Positions 8,711 through 18,248 of a DNA stretch of 64,000 nt are shown in pieces. Made by a program: the position numbers and the translations under genes. The notes below the pieces were generated by a model, which was not told where the DNA came from, did not search any database, and saw nothing but the letters and a program-made list of their open reading frames with translations. Each line of letters opens with the position of its first letter. Within the stretch, counting starts at the first letter, position 1. Location of the stretch: sequence record PP793740.1; one strand, 5' to 3'.

Positions 8711-9223
8711 TTAACGACTCTGGTTTTCCGTAGTGGTGTGAACAATATAACCAGATCCCGTCTTGACAACAATGTCACCTGGATAAAGAGTAATATACTT
8801 TCCATCAGTATCTGGATCATTGATCTGGAATACAGCATAATCGTGCTCGCTGGTCAGATCAGAGATCTTGAAGCCCGCAGTTTGAATCAGATCACGAACA
8901 AAGACGATGTTGTCATCATGGTCACTCAGTACCCGAATAGGTTTACCGTCAAGTTCACCATTACCACAACGTTCAGCGAAGTCAATCTTGAAACCGATCA
9001 GTTCTTTATGGTTGACAATGTGATCACCAACAACAGAACCCAATAGAGTCAACTCAATGCCGGAACCATCCGGGAAGTAATCAATCAGTCGAAGCTGTTC
9101 AAGATCGACGGCGCCAGCTTTAGATGGGATCTCACCTGGTTCACGGAAACCATGACGAACTAGTTGATATAGCGTGTCCAGAGCACCGCCATTTAAATCC
9201 CAACCAAGAGTAGACATAGTCAT
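8711..9223 (-). CDS. Hypothetical protein
   Basis: ORF with AAGGA RBS. Confidence 0.8.
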   Translation of the reverse strand: MTMSTLGWDLNGGALDTLYQLVRHGFREPGEIPSKAGAVDLEQLRLIDYFPDGSGIELTLLGSVVGDHIVNHKELIGFKIDFAERCGNGELDGKPIRVLSDHDDNIVFVRDLIQTAGFKISDLTSEHDYAVFQINDPDTDGKYITLYPGDIVVKTGSGYIVHTTTENQSR

Positions 9224-9234
9224 TTCATTTTTCC

Positions 9235-9624
9235 TTATTTAAGTTTTTCTGTTTTACCAGCATCAAGCCACATGAATATCGGTGTCCTGAGAATATTGTA
9301 GACCAACCATCCTTCCGAGATCAGTTCTTCCTCGAATTCAAGAGAAGTAGGCATGTCGTAGATAGCTTTGTATGGGATGACAATAGGCTCTTTCTCGGGC
9401 TTATTGAGAATCAATGCATCGTCAGTGTGTTCAAGCAATTGCTTTCGGCTAACAATTCCAAGACTGATACTGAATTCCCTACCTGGATCTTTCCCATTGA
9501 AAATACTGCATCGAGTTGCAGTATCAACTCGATCACCAGCGATACCGATTTTAAGTGGAGCAGGGTCTATACCCATCAGTTCCTCGGCGAGTTAAAGTTG
9601 ACGTTTAAGTTCGATAATGTTCAT
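9235..9624 (-). pseudogene. Hypothetical protein gene with in-frame TAA at codon 11 (track ORF 9235..9576 is the remnant)
   Basis: GGAGG RBS then ATG: MNIIELKRQL*LAEELMGIDPAPLK; TAA at 9592-9594. Confidence 0.65.
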
Positions 9625-9652
9625 AAGAAGTATACCTCCAAAGGAAAATAAA

Positions 9653-9670
9653 GCCTCCCCGAAGGGAGGC
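9653..9670 (-). terminator. Intrinsic terminator, UUCG loop
   Basis: GCCTCCC-TTCG-GGGAGGC. Confidence 0.85.
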
Positions 9671-9678
9671 GTTTTATG

Positions 9679-11145
9679 TTAAACAGCAACTTTACCAGCA
9701 ATGTGTGGATGATATTCATAGTTCTCGATAACAAAATCATCTACACCAATTTCCCGAATATCTTTACCAATAGCTTCTTCTTTAAAACGGATGGTAGGTA
9801 GAACCTTCGGTTCACGAGTTAATTGAAGATCAGTTTGTTCTTGGTGGTTAGAGTAAATATGTACATCACCACCAGTCCAGATAAACTCTTCAGCAATCAT
9901 ATTCATTTGGTTAGCTAACATATGGGTCAGCAGACTGTAGAACGTGATATTAAAGGGTTTTCCTAAGAAAGTATCACAAGATCTTTGATAGAGTTGGCAA
10001 CTCAATGCACGTTTAGGAACACCATGTTGATCCAGCCATTCTACTACTGCTTCATCTGTAGCCTTTTCATAACCACGACAGACACGCAGAAGTGCTTTAA
10101 CCTGCTCAGCACTATCGAATGGAGGTTGACCACGAGTAATCTCACCACTAATCTTATCATGATAAGCATCAGCTTCGAACTGGGTTTGGTCTAGAGCTTG
10201 CACTCGTTCATCTACGGTCAGTTCACGGGTCCAGAACTGAATAAATGCGTGGCAAGGTGGGAGTGCCTGCTCATCAATAAGATGTGGCGCCCATGCACAA
10301 ACAATGATCCGACGAGAATCCGGGTTGGTGCGAAGTTGATCGATGATGTCTTGGATTTGGTCGATACGTCGAGTAACCACGCATCGATCGGTTTCCATGG
10401 TTGTACCTGGGATATCCGCCACGAAGTCAAAACCACGCTTCTCATAATCAAACCACTCATATTTAGGGATTACACGAGTGTCTTCAAGATTACGCCATGT
10501 CTTACCGTAAACAGCACCTAGATCGCCGCCGACCAGACGCTCTGGTTCTTTATGCATCAAAGCACGATACAGTCGCTTGTTATATTCAGCACGAATACCT
10601 TCAGGATTTTTGGCTTCATCGAACCCTTCAGTAGCGAACCTATTCCACGACGTTACGCTAACTCCAATGATGTATTGGATTTCCTCACGGTTAACTGGAT
10701 ATTCATCCCAGAAGGCCTGAATAGTCTCTGGAGTCATACCCGACTCGAATTCCGCTACAGTCTCAATGAATGGAGTAGAGTCATCGTTCATACAATGTAA
10801 GTACATTACGAATGGGGCACCAATGAGGGCAGTTACTGCTTTAAGAACGGCCTCATCGGTCATCGGCTCATATACTGCGGTTTCAGGTTTAACCCACTCG
10901 TTCCAGATGCGTACACCATTAGCGATCAGGTAATCCACCTTAGTATCACCTGACAGCATCCAGAACAATTCATGAATTACAGAAGCTAGATGAATCTTCT
11001 TGGTGGTTACAACTGGTAGCCGATTATTACGCAGACTATAACGTTCTTGTTGACCAAACATGCTCTGAGTACCAGTACCAGTACGGTCACCTTTATGTAC
11101 ACCGTGTTCTTTAACTAAACGGATTGAATTAAGATATTGTTCCAT
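9679..11145 (-). CDS. thyA: Thymidylate synthase with large insertions
   Basis: DRTGTGT, PVVTTKK, NPDSRRIIVCAW, LPPCH, YQRSCD, PFNI, GDVHIYSNH motifs. Confidence 0.97.
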   Translation of the reverse strand: MEQYLNSIRLVKEHGVHKGDRTGTGTQSMFGQQERYSLRNNRLPVVTTKKIHLASVIHELFWMLSGDTKVDYLIANGVRIWNEWVKPETAVYEPMTDEAVLKAVTALIGAPFVMYLHCMNDDSTPFIETVAEFESGMTPETIQAFWDEYPVNREEIQYIIGVSVTSWNRFATEGFDEAKNPEGIRAEYNKRLYRALMHKEPERLVGGDLGAVYGKTWRNLEDTRVIPKYEWFDYEKRGFDFVADIPGTTMETDRCVVTRRIDQIQDIIDQLRTNPDSRRIIVCAWAPHLIDEQALPPCHAFIQFWTRELTVDERVQALDQTQFEADAYHDKISGEITRGQPPFDSAEQVKALLRVCRGYEKATDEAVVEWLDQHGVPKRALSCQLYQRSCDTFLGKPFNITFYSLLTHMLANQMNMIAEEFIWTGGDVHIYSNHQEQTDLQLTREPKVLPTIRFKEEAIGKDIREIGVDDFVIENYEYHPHIAGKVAV

Positions 11146-11345
11146 TACTTGATCCTCGGATTGTCTACTAGTCCACAGTTGAACCAGAGATGTTTATCAT
11201 GGCGGCGATCATCACTAATAGATACGATCGTACCCTTACCATCTTTAAAGTTAATAATCAATGCCCGAACTCGGCCATGGGAGAGAGCATTGAAAATTTT
11301 GTACGACTTTACACTGAATGCGATTCTTTCATCAAGACGATCCAT
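11145..11345 (-). CDS. Hypothetical protein
   Basis: GAGG RBS; stop overlaps thyA start. Confidence 0.7.
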   Translation of the reverse strand: MDRLDERIAFSVKSYKIFNALSHGRVRALIINFKDGKGTIVSISDDRRHDKHLWFNCGLVDNPRIK

Positions 11346-11372
11346 ACTTCATTCCTCTAACCTTACTGGTAA

Positions 11373-11666
11373 TCATAGATCAACCTCTATCCGTTTGTAT
11401 TTGATATTAACTGGAATACCTAATTCATTTTTTACAAGATTAAATGAGTTTTTCGATGGAGTGTATGTAGCGACTATAACTGCTTGACTATCAGCTACAA
11501 CTACATCTCGCCATTCCATGTGCATGTTATCGAAATCATCTTTACCCATAATCAAGTAATAAGACGTATCATTATGCGTAATGGTATTTTCAAACGGTCT
11601 AATTACAAAAGCACTTAAACTAGACTGTATACGGTGTCCTACTTGTTCAAGTGTAACTGTATACAT
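11373..11666 (-). CDS. Hypothetical protein
   Basis: GGAGG RBS. Confidence 0.75.
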   Translation of the reverse strand: MYTVTLEQVGHRIQSSLSAFVIRPFENTITHNDTSYYLIMGKDDFDNMHMEWRDVVVADSQAVIVATYTPSKNSFNLVKNELGIPVNIKYKRIEVDL

Positions 11667-11687
11667 AAAACCTCCTAGACGGCATAC

Positions 11688-11706
11688 GGGAGTCCCGAAG
11701 GACCCC
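11688..11706 (-). terminator. Hairpin/terminator, UUCG loop
   Basis: GGGGTCC-TTCG-GGACTCCC with a G-U pair on minus strand. Confidence 0.65.
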
Positions 11707-11771
11707 CTAAGCGCAACTAACCAATCGGCCAGTATTTTGCCTATAATATTAGTCTATTAAAAGTATTTTTA

Positions 11772-12479
11772 TTACAGACCAATACGAGTCAAAATTTCAG
11801 CCCAACCTTTCTCTTTAGCATATCGCAATAGGCTATTTTCAATATGGGTTTCACTATAGACAATAGGCTCATGACCACCTTGTACATGATACATTGTTAA
11901 TGGTTCCACCACATGTTGACTAGACCAAGCATCGTATAAACGATCATTGATTTTAATCACCACATATACCATCAATTTATCGTCGATGTCAAGATCAATA
12001 CCTGCTACAAATGCATTAACATTGGAACGCACTTGGTCAGCAGTTAGTTGCACTTGCAGCCCGCCATGTACTTCAAATTCGATATCACAGATATTCTTAT
12101 TTAACCAAGTATACACTGCCTGATTAGCATATGTCTCAATTGGATCACTACTACGTAAATCTATTAATGGACCATATGTTTCTAATGATGAGACACTGGT
12201 ATCAACTAAGTCATTCAATGAGTATTCGGTACTAGAACAACTATCTAAAACACAGATAGTGTTATCCTCGATATGGATAGGTAATACCTTGAATACCACA
12301 TTAGCAACATTAGGTAATGACGTATCTGGTTCAGAACTATTGAATGGAGTATAAAATAATCGATCAGCCACTTCAGTATCAATAGTTGATACATCCATTG
12401 GAATGAATCCATTAAGATCTTGTTTGATTACGTCATTGTGTCCAATTCCAGAAAAAGATAAATACATTTTCTCAGACAT
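11772..12479 (-). CDS. Hypothetical protein
   Basis: 235-codon ORF. Confidence 0.8.
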   Translation of the reverse strand: MSEKMYLSFSGIGHNDVIKQDLNGFIPMDVSTIDTEVADRLFYTPFNSSEPDTSLPNVANVVFKVLPIHIEDNTICVLDSCSSTEYSLNDLVDTSVSSLETYGPLIDLRSSDPIETYANQAVYTWLNKNICDIEFEVHGGLQVQLTADQVRSNVNAFVAGIDLDIDDKLMVYVVIKINDRLYDAWSSQHVVEPLTMYHVQGGHEPIVYSETHIENSLLRYAKEKGWAEILTRIGL

Positions 12480-12487
12480 ATCCGTAC

Positions 12488-12745
12488 CTATTTATTTACA
12501 CAGATTAGAGTATGTTCTACTTTACTGGTACTAGAAGAAAAATAACGTAATAGAACACCATCGCTGATTTTTACAGTCTCTACATTATTACGAATAGCAC
12601 TTGCTTTAGCTAGTTTTTGAATACGCTCAATCGCGCTAAAACAAGTAGTCATGTCAGAGAACTCAGTGGTTGACTGCGATGCACCATTGGCTTGATAACC
12701 AGCGATACTGATACTACTAAAAAGAATTGCTAAAGTTGCATTCAT
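12488..12745 (-). CDS. Small exported protein with two Cys
   Basis: Hydrophobic N-terminus; FSDMTTC...C pattern. Confidence 0.7.
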   Translation of the reverse strand: MNATLAILFSSISIAGYQANGASQSTTEFSDMTTCFSAIERIQKLAKASAIRNNVETVKISDGVLLRYFSSSTSKVEHTLICVNK

Positions 12746-13650
12746 TTCTTACCACCTTTAATAACAGTGAGTTTTGGTGGACCAGTAGGACGAGAAGGTT
12801 TATTAATAATAATCTGCGAATTGGAAGAATTATTGAAATCCTCAACCATCTTATTTACATCATTGTCAAATGAATTAGATGTATTATCACCCGAGTCCAC
12901 AGTTGATTCACTAACCACATTTGAAATAGGGTAACTGAGGAGTTCCATCATAAGTACATTGATGTTATCCTGATAGTTTTCATTACGTGTACAATTAATA
13001 ACCCGCTCACACCAATCCATAATTAATTCTGGTGCATTCTGTTTAATTGCAGTTACCGCTACTCTAATATGTGCATCTAATTCTGGATTACTAAATTCAG
13101 TTACTCTGTTAATGGCGCTTTCAATCATCTGATCATGCTCATTCTCAGATGTATTCCTTACAACTAACTTACCATTAGTGGTATCGGCTTTATTTTTAAA
13201 ATTAACCTCAGTGACATTACCTACGGTAGTTAATACTGGGTTTTTGTCAACTACATTATTAACAGTTCCTTCTAATGTTGCACGAATAGTATCTGCATTG
13301 AGATATCTATCCACTAGCGGCATTTCAAAGAATGCGTTAGAATTATCATCAATAGGTGTAACTACACCCAATACTGCATAAAGAGGAAGTTTAATACTGA
13401 CCCCAACTCCATTTACTGTTACATTGAAAGAGATATATTCGTCACTGATATAAAAATTCTTTGCACAGCGTGGATGGATATTGAAAGTGATAGTGTGATC
13501 TTCTTTCGCATGCTTTAGAGCTACCTCAGATAAATCAGGTACTAATTGAGTATGTGCTACAATTAGAATATCTCTGAAGTTATTCTCAAGAAACCAATCA
13601 TAGGTAGCTCGAAGAATATGGCCAGTAAGTAATGATTTTACCTTTAGCAT
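12742..13650 (-). CDS. sspB: SspB-like ClpXP adaptor (stringent starvation protein B) with long C-terminal extension
   Basis: LRATYDWFLEN, ITFNI, ISFNVTVNGV, LPLYAVLGV; C-terminal PKLTVIK resembles the ClpX-binding LRVVK. Confidence 0.85.
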   Translation of the reverse strand: MLKVKSLLTGHILRATYDWFLENNFRDILIVAHTQLVPDLSEVALKHAKEDHTITFNIHPRCAKNFYISDEYISFNVTVNGVGVSIKLPLYAVLGVVTPIDDNSNAFFEMPLVDRYLNADTIRATLEGTVNNVVDKNPVLTTVGNVTEVNFKNKADTTNGKLVVRNTSENEHDQMIESAINRVTEFSNPELDAHIRVAVTAIKQNAPELIMDWCERVINCTRNENYQDNINVLMMELLSYPISNVVSESTVDSGDNTSNSFDNDVNKMVEDFNNSSNSQIIINKPSRPTGPPKLTVIKGGKK

Positions 13651-13672
13651 ATTTGTATTACCTTTAAATAAA

Positions 13673-14140
13673 TTATAGGAAGATATCTTCTACTGAGGGC
13701 ACTATATTCTTTTCTTTTACAAGTTCAGTAGATTTGGTATAATGTGCATTAAATAGTTTCTTTAAATCTGCTTTTTCATATTTTACAGTATCTGCTAATT
13801 TCCAAATAGTAAGACCTAGATGAATACTAACTGAATTAACATGTTTTACGCATAGATCAATTAATTTGTTAAACTCTTCTAATTCATTTTTAATCAACGT
13901 TGCATCTAAAGCTTGGTGCAAACGATTAGATAATTTAACTTTATCTTTGTCAATTGTAAAGTTATTTTCAATATCCTTAGCACTCATCGGTGGTTCAACT
14001 TTATACCACACATTGGTTAGTTTACCGTCCACACGCGTCGTGATGGGATGTTTATAATCAGTCCAACTTCTATGTAGATTATGTTTATCATCAAGAACAT
14101 CTACAGTAACTTTCTCATTACCTGTAAAGAATGGATACAT
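13673..14140 (-). CDS. Hypothetical protein
   Basis: ORF coupled by TAATG to upstream small ORF. Confidence 0.75.
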   Translation of the reverse strand: MYPFFTGNEKVTVDVLDDKHNLHRSWTDYKHPITTRVDGKLTNVWYKVEPPMSAKDIENNFTIDKDKVKLSNRLHQALDATLIKNELEEFNKLIDLCVKHVNSVSIHLGLTIWKLADTVKYEKADLKKLFNAHYTKSTELVKEKNIVPSVEDIFL

Positions 14141-14313
14141 TAGGTTGCCTTTATTTTATCAATGAGTAATTTTAATAGTTCATCATTAGTTAAATTGTCT
14201 TTATTTTTAATAATGTCTTTTAGTTTAAACATATTGAAAGTATACCACAACCACTTATGAATTATATAACAAATCACTATAACTAATAATAGTAGTGAAT
14301 GTAATGCTAGCAT
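14140..14313 (-). CDS. Small early membrane protein (57 aa, not in ORF track)
   Basis: MLALHSLLLLVIVICYIIHKWLWYTFNMFKLKDIIK...; downstream of early promoter; TAATG overlap. Confidence 0.7.
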   Translation of the reverse strand: MLALHSLLLLVIVICYIIHKWLWYTFNMFKLKDIIKNKDNLTNDELLKLLIDKIKAT

Positions 14314-14349
14314 TATAACTACCTATTTTGATATGACTTGACCAAATAT

Positions 14350-14357
14350 GTAATATA
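14350..14357 (-). promoter_or_regulatory. Early promoter motif TATATTAC
   Basis: TTTGAAATC-TATATTAC. Confidence 0.8.
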
Positions 14358-14385
14358 GATTTCAAAAAAAATTTAATGTAATAAA

Positions 14386-14405
14386 GGAGAGCTAAATAGC
14401 TCTCC
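14386..14405 (-). terminator. Intrinsic terminator
   Basis: GGAGAGCT/AGCTCTCC. Confidence 0.8.
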
Positions 14406-14414
14406 TATTTATGC

Positions 14415-14705
14415 TTATTTATTTTTCTTTCTTGACTTATCTTTAATAACTAAGTCTAATGCTTCAAACATTTTAACAGCAGTTAAATGGTCGATAGAGT
14501 ATGCCTTTTTACGTAAACGTCCAATAGCTACTGTATACTGGTATTCAGATAAACCATCACTCATATTGTCAATAATTGATAGTGCTTCTTTATAAAGCCT
14601 GTTACACTTTATCGTGTGTTTGATGGCATAATAACCCCAGTTAATTAAAGCCATCATTATAATCAGAAACAAAATACCTATAATTACTGTCATGATATCA
14701 TTCAT
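14415..14705 (-). CDS. Membrane-anchored hypothetical protein
   Basis: N-terminal TM segment. Confidence 0.75.
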   Translation of the reverse strand: MNDIMTVIIGILFLIIMMALINWGYYAIKHTIKCNRLYKEALSIIDNMSDGLSEYQYTVAIGRLRKKAYSIDHLTAVKMFEALDLVIKDKSRKKNK

Positions 14706-15015
14706 TTGCTGTTTCCCTATTATTACATTTTAATATAATCAATGAGTTGATATCGTAAATAAAAGATGTAAAAATATGTTGATTTGTTATTTTAGATGAT
14801 TCTTTATCTATAATGTCTTGGACAGCATTTTGATAGAAAAAATAACTTATGCCATTGGGCATTTTATCTAATACATATCTAACCTTATAAACACCCATCC
14901 AGTGAATATAATGATTTTTTATATTAATAATGAAAGTTACACATGTTGATATAGCCGTTAGTGTTATCATTGATATAACAAATACTTTATACATTTGCAA
15001 CCCACAGATTCTCAT
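14698..15015 (-). CDS. Membrane-anchored hypothetical protein
   Basis: N-terminal TM segment; overlaps next start. Confidence 0.7.
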   Translation of the reverse strand: MRICGLQMYKVFVISMITLTAISTCVTFIINIKNHYIHWMGVYKVRYVLDKMPNGISYFFYQNAVQDIIDKESSKITNQHIFTSFIYDINSLIILKCNNRETANE

Positions 15016-15028
15016 CTAGATGAAATAA

Positions 15029-15048
15029 ACCAGCCCCGAAGGGCTGGT
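15029..15048 (-). terminator. Intrinsic terminator, UUCG loop
   Basis: ACCAGCCC-TTCG-GGGCTGGT. Confidence 0.85.
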
Positions 15049-15050
15049 AT

Positions 15051-15419
15051 TTATTTTACAACCACAGCTTTACCGTAGTTGTTATCCATACAGGTTTTAA
15101 ATGATGTAACGTATGCATCACGTGGGCTTTGTCTACGTGAATACACAACGTGCACCTCTTTAATTGCTGCTGGGAGAACATTGTAAAGAACGTTATCTTT
15201 GTTCTTCACGCCGTACCCTTTTAGGGATCGTAGGTTTTCTTCCCATTGTAAAATGGGTGTTTTACGCTGACGTGCTTCTGCTGTGGCATGTGCTATAAGT
15301 GCAACACCATTACAGTAATTCTCGTCAACTACCAACGATGCAGCTAGTGGGTTTGATACGTATAACAACGTACTTAATACGGCCACTAACTTCATTACGT
15401 GTGTTAAACATTGCATCAC
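15051..15419 (-). CDS. Exported helical protein, signal-peptide/two-Cys family
   Basis: Signal peptide ending PLAA; ENYCNGVA...FKTCMD. Confidence 0.8.
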   Translation of the reverse strand: MMQCLTHVMKLVAVLSTLLYVSNPLAASLVVDENYCNGVALIAHATAEARQRKTPILQWEENLRSLKGYGVKNKDNVLYNVLPAAIKEVHVVYSRRQSPRDAYVTSFKTCMDNNYGKAVVVK

Positions 15420-15472
15420 GTTGTACCTAGGTTGCTAAGATCAGAATATAAAGCTACTAAAATAGCCTTAAA

Positions 15473-16072
15473 TCATTCTACAACCTTAACGTTACCATCT
15501 TCAATAACTAGATCTTTACCTACAACATCGGCAAGATCTAACTTATCCTTTACTTCCAGTTTCTTGATACTGTGTACAAAACGGAATACAGATAGACGAA
15601 GAATTAGTTCTTCTGGTACATCAACAACATCAATAAAGTATTCTGATGGGTTGATATCACAATTGACATATTCCCAACTTTGTCTTAGTTCAGTTTCATT
15701 CTCAGTTACTTGTGCATCAAGAACTTCTTCAAAGTTAATATTGGCAATATTAGTATCATTATCATTCAGATAAGTAAATTGAAGACTAGCATTATTAATG
15801 AATTCTTCTTCAACTACAGTTAGTGCACGTTGAGCGTGAATGGGTAGATGATATCGAATACACCCATTAATAATAACCTCATTTGCCTTTTCAATATAAC
15901 GTTCTTCTTTGAATTTTACATTAGATACGACGTAATCTAGGATTGCCTTGTAATATTCTTTATGATCTGGGTGGCTCTTTTCAATCCACTGTCGGCTACT
16001 TACGCTAATTTTTTTCTCGGCTAGAAAATCTCGGAATTTAGCACGATCGATATAAGCGGTACGTTTTTTCAT
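15473..16072 (-). CDS. Hypothetical protein
   Basis: ORF with AGGA RBS. Confidence 0.8.
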   Translation of the reverse strand: MKKRTAYIDRAKFRDFLAEKKISVSSRQWIEKSHPDHKEYYKAILDYVVSNVKFKEERYIEKANEVIINGCIRYHLPIHAQRALTVVEEEFINNASLQFTYLNDNDTNIANINFEEVLDAQVTENETELRQSWEYVNCDINPSEYFIDVVDVPEELILRLSVFRFVHSIKKLEVKDKLDLADVVGKDLVIEDGNVKVVE

Positions 16073-16084
16073 CAGTAGTTCCTA

Positions 16085-16600
16085 TTATTTAACATTTCTA
16101 GGTGTTAGTTCGATATGTGAACAGATCACATAAGATGCACATGCCAGTACATCTAAACCATAATACTCATCATAATGGAAATATCCTCTGAGATTACCTT
16201 GTTTAGTAAAGGTGTATTCATCAGCTAAATCTAACTCGTTACTTGTCTCTAGCACATTGATTAATTTATCATATTCAACTTTTAGTGCTATATCAGTACA
16301 GATTATTTGCTTGATATATTTATCAGAGTTTGGATCATTTTTATAATCTAAAGTATCAGTTAATACAGTGGTTAATGCTAGAATAACATAGTCATGGTAA
16401 CTTTCCGGTTGTTTAATCTCACCTTCAGGTATTTCAATCCATTCCCAACCATGTCGTAATATATTTAGCATTACATGCCACTTACTGGTTTCATTACTAA
16501 CCACAGCTATTGGTGAATCATTATAAGGTTTATACAAACCTGTTGTTTTTAAAAGATCTTTTTTAATAGCAGCTATATATAACGGGCGGTTTTCTGACAT
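16085..16600 (-). CDS. Hypothetical protein
   Basis: ORF in tightly packed operon. Confidence 0.8.
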   Translation of the reverse strand: MSENRPLYIAAIKKDLLKTTGLYKPYNDSPIAVVSNETSKWHVMLNILRHGWEWIEIPEGEIKQPESYHDYVILALTTVLTDTLDYKNDPNSDKYIKQIICTDIALKVEYDKLINVLETSNELDLADEYTFTKQGNLRGYFHYDEYYGLDVLACASYVICSHIELTPRNVK

Positions 16601-16609
16601 TTTTATAAC

Positions 16610-16939
16610 TCACATATATTTCAAATGTTTGCCAATTGGTCTGTTAGGGTTATACATATAACCACGACCTGCTGCTGCCCTAATTACTAATTTCTGCATA
16701 TCTGTTAATTTTCTATAATTATCACCAATTAATTTAAGTATAATACTTTCTATAGAATCATTAGTTAATTCAGAAGGATCTGTTACTTTGAAATAATTAT
16801 ATACTAATTCTCTTTTAACTAGAAAATCAACTCTTCGTTTTTCTTTAATTCGTTTATAACGTTGCGATACATGGATAAATGAAAATAAAACAACTATCCA
16901 GAATAAGGTCAAAAGTAGGTACTCATCAACTACATTCAT
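16610..16939 (-). CDS. Membrane-anchored hypothetical protein
   Basis: N-terminal TM then basic stretch. Confidence 0.75.
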   Translation of the reverse strand: MNVVDEYLLLTLFWIVVLFSFIHVSQRYKRIKEKRRVDFLVKRELVYNYFKVTDPSELTNDSIESIILKLIGDNYRKLTDMQKLVIRAAAGRGYMYNPNRPIGKHLKYM

Positions 16940-16941
16940 TT

Positions 16942-17265
16942 TTAATCCCTATCTTTTTTTTTCAAATTATCTTGTAACTCAACTAGTGTTCTGTTTAATA
17001 AACTAATTTGTTTCTGTTGTTCACATACAAGTTCACTTAACGTATTAATCTGTGCCTGTAGTTCTTTAGTATTAGTATCAATAACATCAAGAATATATTC
17101 TTTATTTTTCTTAGGCATTCTTTGCTTCCTCAACGTTAATTCACCAAACGGCAGAAAAGATGACTGGGCAGCCAACACTCTTTTAGAATGTCTTTTGCCC
17201 AGTCTTTTAAATGTCTTACGAAGTTTAATTGGTATAAGCATTAAATAATATCTCTTGATGCCCAT
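16942..17265 (-). CDS. Hypothetical protein with C-terminal coiled coil
   Basis: Heptad pattern in C-terminal half; true start may be MLIPI. Confidence 0.7.
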   Translation of the reverse strand: MGIKRYYLMLIPIKLRKTFKRLGKRHSKRVLAAQSSFLPFGELTLRKQRMPKKNKEYILDVIDTNTKELQAQINTLSELVCEQQKQISLLNRTLVELQDNLKKKDRD

Positions 17266-17675
17266 GTACCATCTACAGAGTCATTTACAAATGGTGCACG
17301 GTCACCAGGTATTACTTGAGCCCATAAATCCACTTCAAGTAATATCCGACGACATGCATAAAAAGGCTCTACTTCTACCCTGTATGAATTATCTTTAGGA
17401 TCAATATACACAGTAGCAACTAGCTTAGGCTGGGCTCTTCGCCATTTATCCCATACTTTAAGAATTACTTCGCCTTCCATTCTGGCTATACGTGGAGTTA
17501 TCTTTACCTCACTAATGATTAGCCCATCTGGACCTACCACTCGTTTAGGGGATAGCCATTTATGATAACCAATATCATTAATCCCATTCTTTGAAAATAC
17601 CGAGTCTTCAAGATATCCTCTCACACCAGGGTATAACGGAACCATTGTAAGCATATGACACCTATAGTGATCCAT
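17241..17675 (-). CDS. Hypothetical protein
   Basis: ORF overlapping both neighbours. Confidence 0.75.
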   Translation of the reverse strand: MDHYRCHMLTMVPLYPGVRGYLEDSVFSKNGINDIGYHKWLSPKRVVGPDGLIISEVKITPRIARMEGEVILKVWDKWRRAQPKLVATVYIDPKDNSYRVEVEPFYACRRILLEVDLWAQVIPGDRAPFVNDSVDGTWASRDII

Positions 17676-18060
17676 TGGATGCCCATAAAACTGAATAAGG
17701 ATTTTGAGTTAATTGGAATCTAATTGCAAAGTTTTCGATTTCCCAAAAACGATCAGTCTTATTCCACTCTAATTCCTTTTTCGCCAGATCAACATTAATT
17801 GTTGATATAATACGATTACGCTCTTCTTCAAATACAGTAAACCTGACGATTGCTGGAAATAAGCAATCTCTTTCTTTATAAAAGTTTAGAGTATTCTTAT
17901 CGATATAACCTGGTCCTGGAATAATTTCAAGGATATTAAAATCAGTCCATCCTAAGTCTGGTGTACCTAGATCAGGTAAATGTTTTAAAACCCCATTGCG
18001 TATAAAGGGTTTTCCATATTCTAGTGTGACCTCATGAAAAGAAGAACCATAGATTTTCAT
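17662..18060 (-). CDS. Hypothetical protein
   Basis: ORF with GGTGG RBS. Confidence 0.75.
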   Translation of the reverse strand: MKIYGSSFHEVTLEYGKPFIRNGVLKHLPDLGTPDLGWTDFNILEIIPGPGYIDKNTLNFYKERDCLFPAIVRFTVFEEERNRIISTINVDLAKKELEWNKTDRFWEIENFAIRFQLTQNPYSVLWASNGSL

Positions 18061-18220
18061 ACAACCACCGTGCGTTTTAATTCATAGGGTTAGTATGTTT
18101 AGTACCGTTTGAATTTTATTTCATTACAGATGATCGCTTTGTTATATTTGGTGTTTGAATATTTTAGACTAGTTTCAATAAATGCTTTCTTTTTCATATA
18201 TACACTTACGCAAAATAAAT

Positions 18221-18243
18221 AGGGACTCTCATTAAGAGTCCCT
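18221..18243 (-). terminator. Intrinsic terminator
   Basis: AGGGACTCT/AGAGTCCCT. Confidence 0.8.
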
Positions 18244-18248
18244 TAATA

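Noticed and set aside
9679-11145. Intein or group I intron in thyA
   Set aside because: Frame is continuous; inserts lack C/S...HN-C/S/T splice motifs and LAGLIDADG or HNH motifs
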